Source: a virus. Taken from it: a DNA stretch of 45,370 nucleotides. Positions 25,057 to 34,326 of the stretch are shown here, in pieces; the first letter of the stretch is position 1, and every line of letters starts with the position of its first letter. Position numbers and translations under genes: made by a program. The notes under the pieces were generated by a model. The model saw nothing but the letters and a program-made list of their open reading frames with translations, made no database searches and was not told the origin of the DNA. The stretch is taken from the IMG/VR virus record IMGVR_UViG_3300045988_070668, positions 1 through 45,370 of that record. One strand, written 5' to 3'.

Positions 25057-25296
25057 GTGATAATACGCAATGTGGCAGAGGCAAAAAAGAAAATTAAGAT
25101 CGGGTCAAAGGTCACGATAATGACCCAAAAGGGAAGCGCAAAGGACTCTTTGTATGCAGTTAAGACCGGGGTACAGAGAAAAGCAACGGTTATCGGCATA
25201 TATGAGTATTTTGTCCATGTACAGCTTAAGAGCGGAGTCTGTGAGAGCGTACTGTGGGCGGATTTAATTAACGCCAGTGAGGAGGATAAGCGATGA
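25057..25296 (+). CDS. Hypothetical protein (79 aa)
   Basis: GTG start after GGAGGGAG. Coupled to the next gene (ATGA overlap). Confidence 0.5.
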   Translation: MIIRNVAEAKKKIKIGSKVTIMTQKGSAKDSLYAVKTGVQRKATVIGIYEYFVHVQLKSGVCESVLWADLINASEEDKR

Positions 25297-25670
25297 TCAA
25301 AGACAGTGGGGGACGCACAAAATTTGACACCGGAGCCGTCCGGGATATGCACGCCGGTAAGGGGAGGATGGATCTCCTTCCCTGGGCGGCCATCATAGAG
25401 GTTTCCAAACACTGTGAGGAGGGGGCCTTGAAGTATGGCGAGCATAATGTGGACAAGGGGATACCTACACACTCGTTTCTGGATTCCGCAGCCAGGCATA
25501 TCGCAAAGTATATGGACGGATGGAAGGACGAGCCACACCTCCGGGCCGCCGCCTGGAACCTTTTATGGGCTATCCAGATGGAGATCAAACACCCGGAGCT
25601 GGTAGACACGCCGTGGAGAAAGGAGGATAAGGATGGAGAGACTGACACACCCGCGCAGCAGCAGGATTAG
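25293..25670 (+). CDS. DUF5664-like protein (resembles the N-terminal domain of dATP/dGTP diphosphohydrolases)
   Basis: KFDTGAVRD...GRMDLLPWAAIIEVSKHCEEGALKYGEHN...FLDSAARHI...DEPHLRAAAWNLLWAIQ pattern. Confidence 0.45.
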   Translation: MIKDSGGRTKFDTGAVRDMHAGKGRMDLLPWAAIIEVSKHCEEGALKYGEHNVDKGIPTHSFLDSAARHIAKYMDGWKDEPHLRAAAWNLLWAIQMEIKHPELVDTPWRKEDKDGETDTPAQQQD

Positions 25671-25732
25671 GACGGAGACGATCATTAAGGCGCTAGGAAA
25701 GGAGTAAGAAAATAACATATGTGGAGGAAAAA

Positions 25733-26275
25733 ATGAAAAACTGGAAGTTATTAGCGATTATTTTAGGATCTGTATTAGCGGTGATTTTGCTGTGCGTAAC
25801 GGGTGTGCAGTGGTCAAAAAATCGAGCAATTAGCCTGGAAGAAGCAGTTTACACCGCTGAATCCGACATTAAAGTGCAAGAGAAACGTAGGGTGGATTTA
25901 GTTTATAATCTGGCTGATTGTGTGAAGCAATACGACAAACATGAATCAGAAACACTGGCCAGACTTGCAGACGGAATGAGTAAAGGAAACCATGTTGAAG
26001 ATGTAAATACAACGATTGCAGCCGTTACATACGCTTATCCAGAACTGAAGAGTAATGAGAATTATAAGCAATTCATGAATGAATTGTCTATTACTGAAAA
26101 TATGATTGCTCAGTACCGAGAGAATTATAATAAAACTGTGACAGCTTATAACCGATATGTGAAGAAGTTTCCGGCAAGGATTTTCCTTGATTGGACAGGA
26201 TATAAGGTTTTGGAGTTTGAAAGATTGGATTATCAAGCACCAGTTGATGCGCCACAGAATCTTTTTGGAGAATAA
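25733..26275 (+). CDS. lemA: LemA family membrane protein
   Basis: N-terminal TM segment followed by EEAVYTAESDIKVQEKRRVDLVYNL...YPELKSNENYKQFMNELSITENMIAQYRENYNKTVTAYNRYVKKFPARIF, which matches the LemA signature. Confidence 0.8.
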   Translation: MKNWKLLAIILGSVLAVILLCVTGVQWSKNRAISLEEAVYTAESDIKVQEKRRVDLVYNLADCVKQYDKHESETLARLADGMSKGNHVEDVNTTIAAVTYAYPELKSNENYKQFMNELSITENMIAQYRENYNKTVTAYNRYVKKFPARIFLDWTGYKVLEFERLDYQAPVDAPQNLFGE

Positions 26276-26277
26276 TC

Positions 26278-27006
26278 ATGGAGATAACCAAGAGGGAAAT
26301 TATAATCAGTATTTCTATATCGGCAGTTATGCTGATAATTGGTCTCTTTATATCGGGGAAAATTACAGATATGCAGAATGACAGAAATGCTGAATATCAA
26401 AAGGCAGTACATATTGAGGATTCTGAGTTATTCCAGCATGGCATGGATACCAATATAGGAAATGCGTTTGTGTATGGAGACTTACAGGCAGTTGATGCAG
26501 TGACTTTTGATGAGATCGGAGGGGAATACCTGTATGCTGAAAAAGTTAAAGAGAAACACACCATGCATACTCGTGTGGTTACCTACACCACTGGTTCTGG
26601 AAAGACCATGCAGACGCATACACGTACCGAAACGTACTGGACTTGGGATGTGATCGGAAGAGAAGAAAAGAAATGTAAAGAAGTGAAATTCTGCAACGTT
26701 GTCTTTCCTGCGATTAAAGTACAGAGGCCGGATCCGGAGTTTGTTAAAATGATAAACGAATCAAACCATATCAGATATAAATACTACGGAACACCTATAA
26801 AGCATACAGGAACAATTTACACTGTATTGTCAGATGGAACAATTTCTGATCGATCCAAGTTTTTTAAGGATTATACGATCAACCAGGCTTTAGAAAGCTG
26901 TATCACAGAAATGTGGAATGTTGTTTTCTGGTGTGTGTGGGTGATTATGATATGTGGTTGTGTGTACGGATTTTGTTATCTAGATAACAGGTGGTTGGAA
27001 GATTAA
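26278..27006 (+). CDS. Two-TM membrane protein, GIDE-like topology (partner of LemA)
   Basis: N-terminal TM (IIISISISAVMLIIGLFI), a beta-rich middle region and a C-terminal TM (VVFWCVWVIMICGCVYGFCYL). It starts 3 nt after the lemA stop. Confidence 0.4.
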   Translation: MEITKREIIISISISAVMLIIGLFISGKITDMQNDRNAEYQKAVHIEDSELFQHGMDTNIGNAFVYGDLQAVDAVTFDEIGGEYLYAEKVKEKHTMHTRVVTYTTGSGKTMQTHTRTETYWTWDVIGREEKKCKEVKFCNVVFPAIKVQRPDPEFVKMINESNHIRYKYYGTPIKHTGTIYTVLSDGTISDRSKFFKDYTINQALESCITEMWNVVFWCVWVIMICGCVYGFCYLDNRWLED

Positions 27007-27026
27007 AGCATAGGAGGTGACACTAA

Positions 27027-27614
27027 CTGAGCCAATATAAGAATATTCGCAAGATTAAGGCAATAGAGAGAAAGAACCGGGAACGGCTGCTGAAAGTCAA
27101 TCCAAATTTGGATGATGACAGTGGAATCTATTTTCTGACCCGGACCGATGAAAACGGAATCAATTATTTTTACATCGGCCAGGCCGTACATATCATGCAG
27201 CGGATGTGCAGCCACTTAACAGGATATCAGCACATAGATCTCAGCCTTAAAAAGCGAGGATTCCAGAGCGAGGAGAATCCTTACGGATGGAGAATCGGGA
27301 TCCGGCATTACCCGGAATCAGAATTAGACAAGTGGGAGCAGTACTGGATCCTGGAATACACAAGGCGCGGCTATCAGTGCCGATACAACAAGACCGCCGG
27401 AGGACAGGGCGAGGGAAAAGAGCAAATCAATGACTTCCGCCCGGCAAAAGGCTATCGTGATGGGCTGTCACAGGGGCGGAAGAACATGGCAAGGGAACTG
27501 GGACATATTATCAGCGTCCACTTGTCCGTAAATCTGAAGCCGGAGAAGCAGAATAATAAGGTATCTCAGAGGGCTTTTGAGAAATTTAATGAGCTTTTGA
27601 TGGAGGGAAAATAA
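27027..27614 (+). CDS. GIY-YIG nuclease domain protein (start uncertain: CTG 27027 or TTG 27108)
   Basis: Motifs SGIYFLT...FYIGQA...R..H...ILEY...YN. The frame is open back to 27027, where a CTG lies 8 nt after TAGGAGGTGA. There is no ATG. Confidence 0.65.
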   Translation: MSQYKNIRKIKAIERKNRERLLKVNPNLDDDSGIYFLTRTDENGINYFYIGQAVHIMQRMCSHLTGYQHIDLSLKKRGFQSEENPYGWRIGIRHYPESELDKWEQYWILEYTRRGYQCRYNKTAGGQGEGKEQINDFRPAKGYRDGLSQGRKNMARELGHIISVHLSVNLKPEKQNNKVSQRAFEKFNELLMEGK

Positions 27615-27806
27615 TGAGCAGAAGTAATTTTAACGCATTTATCTACGGCAGACAGGTAAATTCCGGAGGAAAGACGGCCCTGTGCGGGAAAAAGAAGAAA
27701 AGCCGGAGGATTAAGAGGGGGAAATAAGCGAAGGGAGTGGATAAGTATACGGACGAGGGAAAAGACACTCATTGACCTGGAAGTATTTCCAGGAGACGAG
27801 GGGAGA

Positions 27807-28055
27807 TTGAAAGAGCGTTGCCGGGACTTGAAGCCGGGGGAGTATTCCGTCCTCTACAACTGCGCAAAAAGCGCGGCTCCTGGCCTCGAGAAGGCCGTAT
27901 GCGAGTCTATTACAAAAGAGGGCGAGGGATACCGCACACTGATAAAAAAAGGCTGGAATATCCCTGTTACAGAGGACGATTTCTACTCGTACAAGCGCGG
28001 CACAATGGCCAAATTTTACCACTGGCTCCGTATGACGGGACAGTGGAAAGGCTGA
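27807..28055 (+). CDS. Hypothetical protein (82 aa)
   Basis: TTG start after GAGGGGAG. The overlapping alternative frame 27818..28063 is judged less likely. Confidence 0.4.
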   Translation: MKERCRDLKPGEYSVLYNCAKSAAPGLEKAVCESITKEGEGYRTLIKKGWNIPVTEDDFYSYKRGTMAKFYHWLRMTGQWKG

Positions 28056-28114
28056 AAATGTGAGGAGAGGTAGCACGCGGAATTGTGGTAAAATTAAGAT
28101 AAAGGAATGAGAAG

Positions 28115-28366
28115 ATGAATCTTAATTTGACACTTAAAAAACTTCAGCGCGCGATCCTCTCCACTGGCCTTGTTGTCAAAATCGGAACCAGTCAATTTTA
28201 CAGCCCAGAACAGGAGAGGATGATAACCATGTGGATATTGTCAACGCCTACACTCCAGGAAACGCGAAACGGCTGGCGGATGAGGGACTATGAGATATTG
28301 CGGACGGCGAGTGCGGTTGAGGCGGTGAAGTGTCTGGCGGATGTGTGGGAGCAAATAAGAGAGTGA
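28115..28366 (+). CDS. Hypothetical protein (83 aa)
   Basis: ATG after AAGGAATGAGAAG. Confidence 0.5.
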   Translation: MNLNLTLKKLQRAILSTGLVVKIGTSQFYSPEQERMITMWILSTPTLQETRNGWRMRDYEILRTASAVEAVKCLADVWEQIRE

Positions 28367-28371
28367 AAGAT

Positions 28372-28608
28372 ATGAATAATCATGCATACATTGATATTAT
28401 TCATAAAATTCCAGGATATTCGCAATCAACGTGCAAAAGAGATAAGAAAAAAATCAAGAAAATCATGGAAGAATATGAATACGATTCTGATTATATCGAA
28501 AATGTCAGTAACGATTTTTGCGAGGGGTTTAATGCCGCTAAAGACATTATTGTAAAAATGTTGTCCGATAAACACTGGGAACAGACGAAAGGATGGAAGA
28601 ATGGATAA
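28372..28608 (+). CDS. Hypothetical protein (78 aa)
   Basis: Internal ATG of track ORF 28330..28608 that avoids overlap with the upstream gene. Confidence 0.45.
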   Translation: MNNHAYIDIIHKIPGYSQSTCKRDKKKIKKIMEEYEYDSDYIENVSNDFCEGFNAAKDIIVKMLSDKHWEQTKGWKNG

Positions 28609-29089
28609 TCCAGAATTTACAATCAAGGCGGAGCCGTTTTCCTGGGATGATAACTTTTCTGAGGTGGCGTTGGAAGATTTCTCAAAAATTCAGAACGGTT
28701 TGCCCTATGTAATGTCCCAGAATATTGGTATGGCACTGGCAAAGATCAAAATGCTCGAAGAAGCTGCTGTGGAAGAGAAGAAACCGGATGCGCCCGACGG
28801 ATTTGTAACCACAGATTTCCCGGAAAGCTGTTTAAACTGTGATTTCTGCCATGAGCGAGAATATGATAACAGGCAGATGATACAGGGGAAAAGGTTTTGT
28901 GGAATTGAAAACGTAGAAGTGGAGCGATACTGCTCTTATGATAGGCCAGGAAAACCGGAGTGGTGCCCGGTGAAGAAAATACCAGAAAAGTGTCCGATGC
29001 AAACGGAGTCCGGAAATCATGTGATAGATTGGATGTATAATGCCGGATGGAATGCTTGTGTGGACAAAATGATCGAAGGTGGTGGATAA
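28601..29089 (+). CDS. Cys-rich hypothetical protein (162 aa)
   Basis: CLNCDFCHE...FCG...YCSY...WCP motifs. Directly upstream of terS. Confidence 0.5.
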   Translation: MDNPEFTIKAEPFSWDDNFSEVALEDFSKIQNGLPYVMSQNIGMALAKIKMLEEAAVEEKKPDAPDGFVTTDFPESCLNCDFCHEREYDNRQMIQGKRFCGIENVEVERYCSYDRPGKPEWCPVKKIPEKCPMQTESGNHVIDWMYNAGWNACVDKMIEGGG

Positions 29090-29476
29090 GTGCTTACACC
29101 AAAGCAGAAGGCGTTTGCTGACGAATACTTGAAGTGCGGGAATGCGACAGAGGCGGCGAAGAAGGCGGGGTATAAAGAAAAGGCTGCATACGCCACGGGC
29201 GCAGAGAACCTAAAAAAACCTCAAATAATCGCATATATCGAAGAGCGTCAGAAACAGATTGATGATTCCCGCATAGCGGACGCTGCTGAGGTAATGCAGT
29301 ATTTTACCTCTGTCATGCGGGGAGAAATAAAAGACCAGTTCGGGCTTGACGCTCCACTGGCAGAGAGAACAAAGGCCGCCGTTGAGTTGGCAAAACGCAA
29401 GGTTGATATATCGCAGAATACAGACACCGGCGGCATTGTTATTGTGAATAACATACCGAGGACGGGGAAGGAGTAG
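29090..29476 (+). CDS. terS: Terminase small subunit
   Basis: LTPKQKAFADEYLKCGNATEAAKKAGYKEKAAYATGAENLKKPQIIAYIEE matches the Terminase_2 HTH signature. Confidence 0.85.
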   Translation: MLTPKQKAFADEYLKCGNATEAAKKAGYKEKAAYATGAENLKKPQIIAYIEERQKQIDDSRIADAAEVMQYFTSVMRGEIKDQFGLDAPLAERTKAAVELAKRKVDISQNTDTGGIVIVNNIPRTGKE

Positions 29477-29479
29477 AGA

Positions 29480-29749
29480 GTGGATAAATTTGAAAATAAG
29501 TTAATGCACTTTGTGACAGCATTAACGGATGTATACAGAGATGAAGAAGAGAAGGAATCAACAGCACTTACGCCGCTTGAGTTTTCCGAAGAAGAATTAA
29601 CGGAAGATTTTACGGCTATGATTTACGCTATGTGGGGAATGTACTGCAATATCACAGAAGAAGATATTGACGTGTTTGGTTTTACGCATATCATAAACAG
29701 GCTTGTTCTTCAGAGGCTAATGGAAGATAAGGGAGTAGAGCTTGACTGA
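29480..29749 (+). CDS. Hypothetical acidic protein (89 aa)
   Basis: Lies between terS and terL. GTG start after GGAGTAGAG. Confidence 0.45.
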   Translation: MDKFENKLMHFVTALTDVYRDEEEKESTALTPLEFSEEELTEDFTAMIYAMWGMYCNITEEDIDVFGFTHIINRLVLQRLMEDKGVELD

Positions 29750-30995
29750 CACAATCCAGCTTACCGACATCATAGCCCCCGCATTTTATGATGTGTGGTG
29801 GGATATATGGGACGGAAAACATACATATTATGATGAGTATGGGGGAAGAGGTTCAACTAAAAGCTCTTTCATCTCTGTCTGTATAGTATTCTACATGATG
29901 AAAGACGCAAAAGAGGGCGTACACTCAAATGCTGTAGTGTTCCGTAAGGTAGGAAACACCCTCCGGGAATCCGTCTTTGAGCAGATTGCATGGGCGATTG
30001 ACGCACTGGGAGCCAATGACCTGTGGGCGTCCAGCGTCAGCCCTATGCAGTATGTGTATAAGCCCACCGGGCAGAAGATTATATTCCGGGGGCTGGACAA
30101 GGCGAAGAAAACAAAGTCCATTAAGACCAGCCGGGGGTATTTCAAATACCTCTGGTTCGAAGAACTTGATGAGTTCGCCGGGATCGAGGAAATCCGAACA
30201 GTACAGCAGTCCGTTCTCCGCGGCGGCAGTAAGTTTGTGGTTTTTAAATCATTCAACCCGCCTATCAGCCGTAGTAACTGGGCAAATGTGTATGTCAACG
30301 AGCCGAGAGAGGACAGTTACCGCCACAAGAGCGATTACACCAGCGTTCCGGCGGACTGGCTGGGCGAACAGTTTATAGCGGACGCTGAACATCTGAAAGC
30401 CACAAATGAGCGGGCATACCAGCATGAGTACCTGGGCGAGCCTGTGGGACTGGGGACCAATATCTTTGACATGCTGGAGATACGGACGATAACTGACGAG
30501 GAGATCCAGACATACCAGTCAATCTATCAAGGTCAAGACTTCGGATGGTATCCGGATCCGAAAGCCTTTATTCGGGCCGCCTATGTGCCCAATAAAGAGC
30601 GGATTGTCCTGTTGGATGAGCTGGGCGGGTGCAAGATCAGAAACGCAGATATGGCGCAGATGATAAAGGATAAGGGATACGATGACTATGCCCTGTTGTG
30701 CGGCGTGGACGAACAGGAAAGCATTGTGGACCTTCGGGACGCCGGGATCCCGGCCAGAAACGCCATTGTAACGCCGGGGAGCCGGAAATATACATTTGAG
30801 TGGCTGCAATGCCGGACGATTGTTATTGACCCGGACAGAACGCCGAGAGCATACAAAGAGATTATAGAATACGAGCATGAAGTAGACAGCAACGGGGAAG
30901 TGATTGCTGATTACCCGGACGGCAACGATCACTGGATCGACGCCCTGCGGTATGCAATTTCTCCTATGGCTATGAGAAGGGGGCACAGCGCATGA
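29742..30995 (+). CDS. terL: Terminase large subunit (PBSX/Terminase_3-like)
   Basis: Walker A GGRGSTKS and Walker B-like LWFEELDE. C-terminal nuclease region with DHWIDALRY. Confidence 0.9.
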   Translation: MTDTIQLTDIIAPAFYDVWWDIWDGKHTYYDEYGGRGSTKSSFISVCIVFYMMKDAKEGVHSNAVVFRKVGNTLRESVFEQIAWAIDALGANDLWASSVSPMQYVYKPTGQKIIFRGLDKAKKTKSIKTSRGYFKYLWFEELDEFAGIEEIRTVQQSVLRGGSKFVVFKSFNPPISRSNWANVYVNEPREDSYRHKSDYTSVPADWLGEQFIADAEHLKATNERAYQHEYLGEPVGLGTNIFDMLEIRTITDEEIQTYQSIYQGQDFGWYPDPKAFIRAAYVPNKERIVLLDELGGCKIRNADMAQMIKDKGYDDYALLCGVDEQESIVDLRDAGIPARNAIVTPGSRKYTFEWLQCRTIVIDPDRTPRAYKEIIEYEHEVDSNGEVIADYPDGNDHWIDALRYAISPMAMRRGHSA

Positions 30996-31348
30996 GTACA
31001 AAGAGGAAAAGAAAGCCAATTCCAAAATCGATCAGAATACAGGTATATAAAAAATACGGAGGTCACTGCGCTTATTGTGGCTGTGAACTAGAATATAAGG
31101 ATATGCAAGTAGACCATATTAATCCTTTGTATTGGTATAACGGAGAAAATTCGATAGAGAATTATAATCCCGCTTGCCGGATGTGCAATTTTTATAAGTC
31201 CACACTCACAGTGGAAAAATTCAGAGAACAAATACAGACTATAAGGGAAAGGCTTGAAAATAATTTTATTTATAGACTGGCGAAGAGATACGGTATTGTA
31301 AACGAAAATATAGAGCCGGTGCGGTTTTATTATGAAAAGGTTGATTAA
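30992..31348 (+). CDS. HNH endonuclease (terminase-associated)
   Basis: CAYCGCEL...DHINP...N...CRMCNFYK. Overlaps the terL stop. Confidence 0.85.
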   Translation: MSTKRKRKPIPKSIRIQVYKKYGGHCAYCGCELEYKDMQVDHINPLYWYNGENSIENYNPACRMCNFYKSTLTVEKFREQIQTIRERLENNFIYRLAKRYGIVNENIEPVRFYYEKVD

Positions 31349-32776
31349 ATGGGAATTATCGCAACAGTAAAAAGGTGGATAGGGATGATATTCAGAAAAC
31401 AGGCAGAAAAAGATTTCCGGGTAAAGGATACCACGTCAGCGCAGATGATGGCTAAGATTACGGAGTGTGCCAACATCTACCGCGGCATGCCGTACTGGAT
31501 AGATGCAGAAAACCGTATAAAGACTATCAACTTTGCAAAAGCGGTATGCTCTGAGACGGCACGGCTCGTCACGCTGGGAATTAAAGTCCAGATTGACGGC
31601 GGCGCACGCGGGGCGTGGTTACAGGAGCAGATTGATAATGCATACTTTAACCTGCGTCACTGGGTAGAGTATGGCTGTGCTTATGGGACAGTCATTATCA
31701 AGCCAAATGGTGGCGGGCTTGATATGTTTACCCCTCTGGATTTTATCGTGACGGAGCAGGATGACAACGGAAACATTACAGGCATAGTCTTTAAGGATGG
31801 ATATACGGATAACGATAAGCATTATACACGTCTGGAGTATCACAGATTTATTGAGACGAGGACGGAATCTGGTGTGATATATCCGTATGTGATATCTAAT
31901 AGGGCGTATGTGTCGAGGAGTAGTGAATCGCTCGGGGACCCCATTCCGTTAGCCCAAACAAAATGGGCTGACCTGCTGGAGGAGACAGCGCCGATTCTAA
32001 AAGGTGGAGGCGAAAGGCTTGATTCTCCCATGTACGGAGTATTCCGGACACCTGCGGCGAACAACATAGACCTTTCTTCCCCACTGGGGATGCCAATATA
32101 TACGGAAGCTGTTGAGGAAATGAAAGACCTTGATATCGCATACAGCCGGAACGCTGGGGAGATATATGACAGTGAAAAGATTATCCTGGCAGATGATCGG
32201 CTGATGTTTGACAGTGGAAAGAGCCTTAATGGGCGTGTAGCAGACGTAAAGCTGCCGCACTATGTCAAGAATGTGTTTGGTAACAGCCCGGAGGAGTTTT
32301 ACCAGGAAATCACCCCGCAGCTTAACACAGATACAAGGCTTTCCGGGATCAATGCCCTTTTGTCTCAGATCGGGTACAAATGTGGATTTTCGAATGGATA
32401 TTTCGTGTTCAACGAATCTTCCGGGATCCAGACAGCCACAGGAGTGGAAGCAGAGCAGCAGAGAACAGTCCAGTTTATCAAGGATGTTCGGGACAAGCTG
32501 GAAAGCTGTTTGAATGATGCCATCTATGCCTTAAATGTATATGCAGACCTTTACGGCCTGGCCCCTGTGGGAACCTATAAAGTGGTATATGACTTCGGGG
32601 ACATCCTGTATTCCCACGAAGCTGACAAACAGCAGTGGTATGCTTATGCAATGCAGGACCGGATCCCGTTTTGGTATTATTTGATGAAATTTGAAGGATT
32701 TACCGAGAAAGAGGCCAGGGCACTTGTGGAAGAGGCACAGCCGAAAGAAGAACCGGGATTTTTCCAGGAGGAGTAA
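31349..32776 (+). CDS. Portal protein
   Basis: 475 aa, immediately after terL/HNH. Followed further downstream by the minor capsid gene. Confidence 0.8.
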   Translation: MGIIATVKRWIGMIFRKQAEKDFRVKDTTSAQMMAKITECANIYRGMPYWIDAENRIKTINFAKAVCSETARLVTLGIKVQIDGGARGAWLQEQIDNAYFNLRHWVEYGCAYGTVIIKPNGGGLDMFTPLDFIVTEQDDNGNITGIVFKDGYTDNDKHYTRLEYHRFIETRTESGVIYPYVISNRAYVSRSSESLGDPIPLAQTKWADLLEETAPILKGGGERLDSPMYGVFRTPAANNIDLSSPLGMPIYTEAVEEMKDLDIAYSRNAGEIYDSEKIILADDRLMFDSGKSLNGRVADVKLPHYVKNVFGNSPEEFYQEITPQLNTDTRLSGINALLSQIGYKCGFSNGYFVFNESSGIQTATGVEAEQQRTVQFIKDVRDKLESCLNDAIYALNVYADLYGLAPVGTYKVVYDFGDILYSHEADKQQWYAYAMQDRIPFWYYLMKFEGFTEKEARALVEEAQPKEEPGFFQEE

Positions 32777-32779
32777 AAA

Positions 32780-33988
32780 ATGAATCCGATAACCAGAGAA
32801 GAGTATTATCTCGCAAAGATTGCAGGGACATGGCAGGGCAAGACACCCGAACCCGTGACGATTGAGGAATATTACCTTGCGACTATGGCAGGGGATTATT
32901 CCGGGAGTGCACCACAGCCCGTCACAAGATTGCAATACTACATGGCAAAAGCGGCAGGAGTTTGGAGTGGGAACAATCCGGAACCAGTAACGCGTGTTGA
33001 GCAGTATTGGGCGGCGATTGCTAACGGCGGCGGAAATGTCCCGGAACCTGTGACACGAGAGGAACATTTGCTTTCCATAATCGTTGGTGCACATGGTTCC
33101 ACCGTTGCATATGTTTCTGGAAATCCCATAATACTCACGGATGCCAAAGACAATGCAGAATTAAAAGGACTGAGAATCTTCGGAAAATCCATACAAAACG
33201 GCGACCCCAGCCCGGAATCCCCAGTGCCGATTGTCAACGCGGGCGACAAAGGAGATATTAGCGTTAGCGTGAGTGGGAAGAATCTCATAAACATCGGCAC
33301 TGTAACGTTTGACCAATATAAAAAAATCGCAATAAATATACCTGCTGGGACATATACATTTTCCGCCAGTGTTGAATCTAATGATACCGATGGCGATACA
33401 TGTCTTGTTATGCTTCTAAAAAATGGGAAAAATGTAAAATCATTTAGTATTCGTAGAGGTAATCGCTCATCAGCTATTATTACTCTTAAGGATAACTGCG
33501 ATGAGATAATTCTGTATGCGTCATTCGGATTTAATCAATCAACTAATGACACTGCAACTTACACGGATGCACAATTGGAATATGGTACAGTTGCCACAGA
33601 ATATGAGCCTTACAAGCCAGCACAGACCCTCATTGTATCTACTCCAGACGGCTTACCAGGGATTCCGGTCTCTTCTGGCGGAAATTACACAGATGAAAAT
33701 GGTCAGCGGTGGGTGGCGGACGAGGTGGACTTGGCAAAGGGTGTATACATAAAGAGAATTGAAAAGATTGCATCTTATAACAATGAGTCGATTAATGGAT
33801 CGTATATATCTGAAACCGGGGAATTAATGGTTGGGGCAAGAGTCTTGTTTGCACTTGATGCCTCAGTAGAGACTCCGCTCTCACCCGAAACCATTGTCGC
33901 ATACAAACAGCTTCATACCTATGCTCCTACAACCACAATAATCAATGATGGAGGAGCAGGAATGGAAGTGGGATACAGGAAGATTTAA
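32780..33988 (+). CDS. Fibre-like / carbohydrate-binding-like structural protein with five N-terminal ~21-aa repeats
   Basis: Repeats of the form P(I/V)T(R)EEYYLAKIAG...(N)PE x5. This is followed by GKSIQNGDPSPESPVPIVN...GKNL and a jelly-roll-like, AT-richer central region. Confidence 0.5.
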   Translation: MNPITREEYYLAKIAGTWQGKTPEPVTIEEYYLATMAGDYSGSAPQPVTRLQYYMAKAAGVWSGNNPEPVTRVEQYWAAIANGGGNVPEPVTREEHLLSIIVGAHGSTVAYVSGNPIILTDAKDNAELKGLRIFGKSIQNGDPSPESPVPIVNAGDKGDISVSVSGKNLINIGTVTFDQYKKIAINIPAGTYTFSASVESNDTDGDTCLVMLLKNGKNVKSFSIRRGNRSSAIITLKDNCDEIILYASFGFNQSTNDTATYTDAQLEYGTVATEYEPYKPAQTLIVSTPDGLPGIPVSSGGNYTDENGQRWVADEVDLAKGVYIKRIEKIASYNNESINGSYISETGELMVGARVLFALDASVETPLSPETIVAYKQLHTYAPTTTIINDGGAGMEVGYRKI

Positions 33989-34002
33989 TAGGGAGGAGTA
34001 AC

Positions 34003-34104
34003 ATGGGAATATTATTTGCAATCGTTGTAATTATAGGTACTGTTTTGCTTTTTGATTGCATTGATGGCGTAAAAAGGCAAAACAAAAGGAAGAAGAAAAA
34101 ATAA
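34003..34104 (+). CDS. Small membrane peptide (33 aa)
   Basis: ATG after GGGAGGAG. Translation MGILFAIVVIIGTVLLFDCIDGVKRQNKRKKKK. Confidence 0.4.
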   Translation: MGILFAIVVIIGTVLLFDCIDGVKRQNKRKKKK

Positions 34105-34122
34105 TAAGTGAGGAGGAATAAA

Positions 34123-34326
34123 ATGAGAGAAGAAACTACGGTTGTTTTGACATCGGATGATGTTACCCAAGCAGTCGCTGAGTATCTGAAGAAAAGAGGT
34201 ATAGATTGTAGTGGAGGATATGCGGACTTCCGCGTAAAAACGCGAAATGGAGTGACAGATTTTGAATGTAAGATAACAGGAGAAAAGAAAAAAACATGCT
34301 TGACCCTCATTATCTCCAGCAAATAG
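34123..34326 (+). CDS. Hypothetical protein (67 aa)
   Basis: ATG after GAGGAGG. The track ORF starts 15 nt earlier at a non-ATG codon. Confidence 0.45.
   Translation: MREETTVVLTSDDVTQAVAEYLKKRGIDCSGGYADFRVKTRNGVTDFECKITGEKKKTCLTLIISSK

Noticed and set aside
24903-25648. Minus-strand ORFs 24903..25538 and 25268..25648 as additional reversed genes
   Set aside because: They are antisense to the DnaC-like gene, the 79-aa ORF and the DUF5664-like gene, all of which are translationally coupled on the + strand. No RBS is present.
32531-33300. Minus-strand ORFs 32531..33094 and 32938..33300 over the portal/fibre-like junction
   Set aside because: These are shadow frames, and the + strand genes have motif and repeat support.
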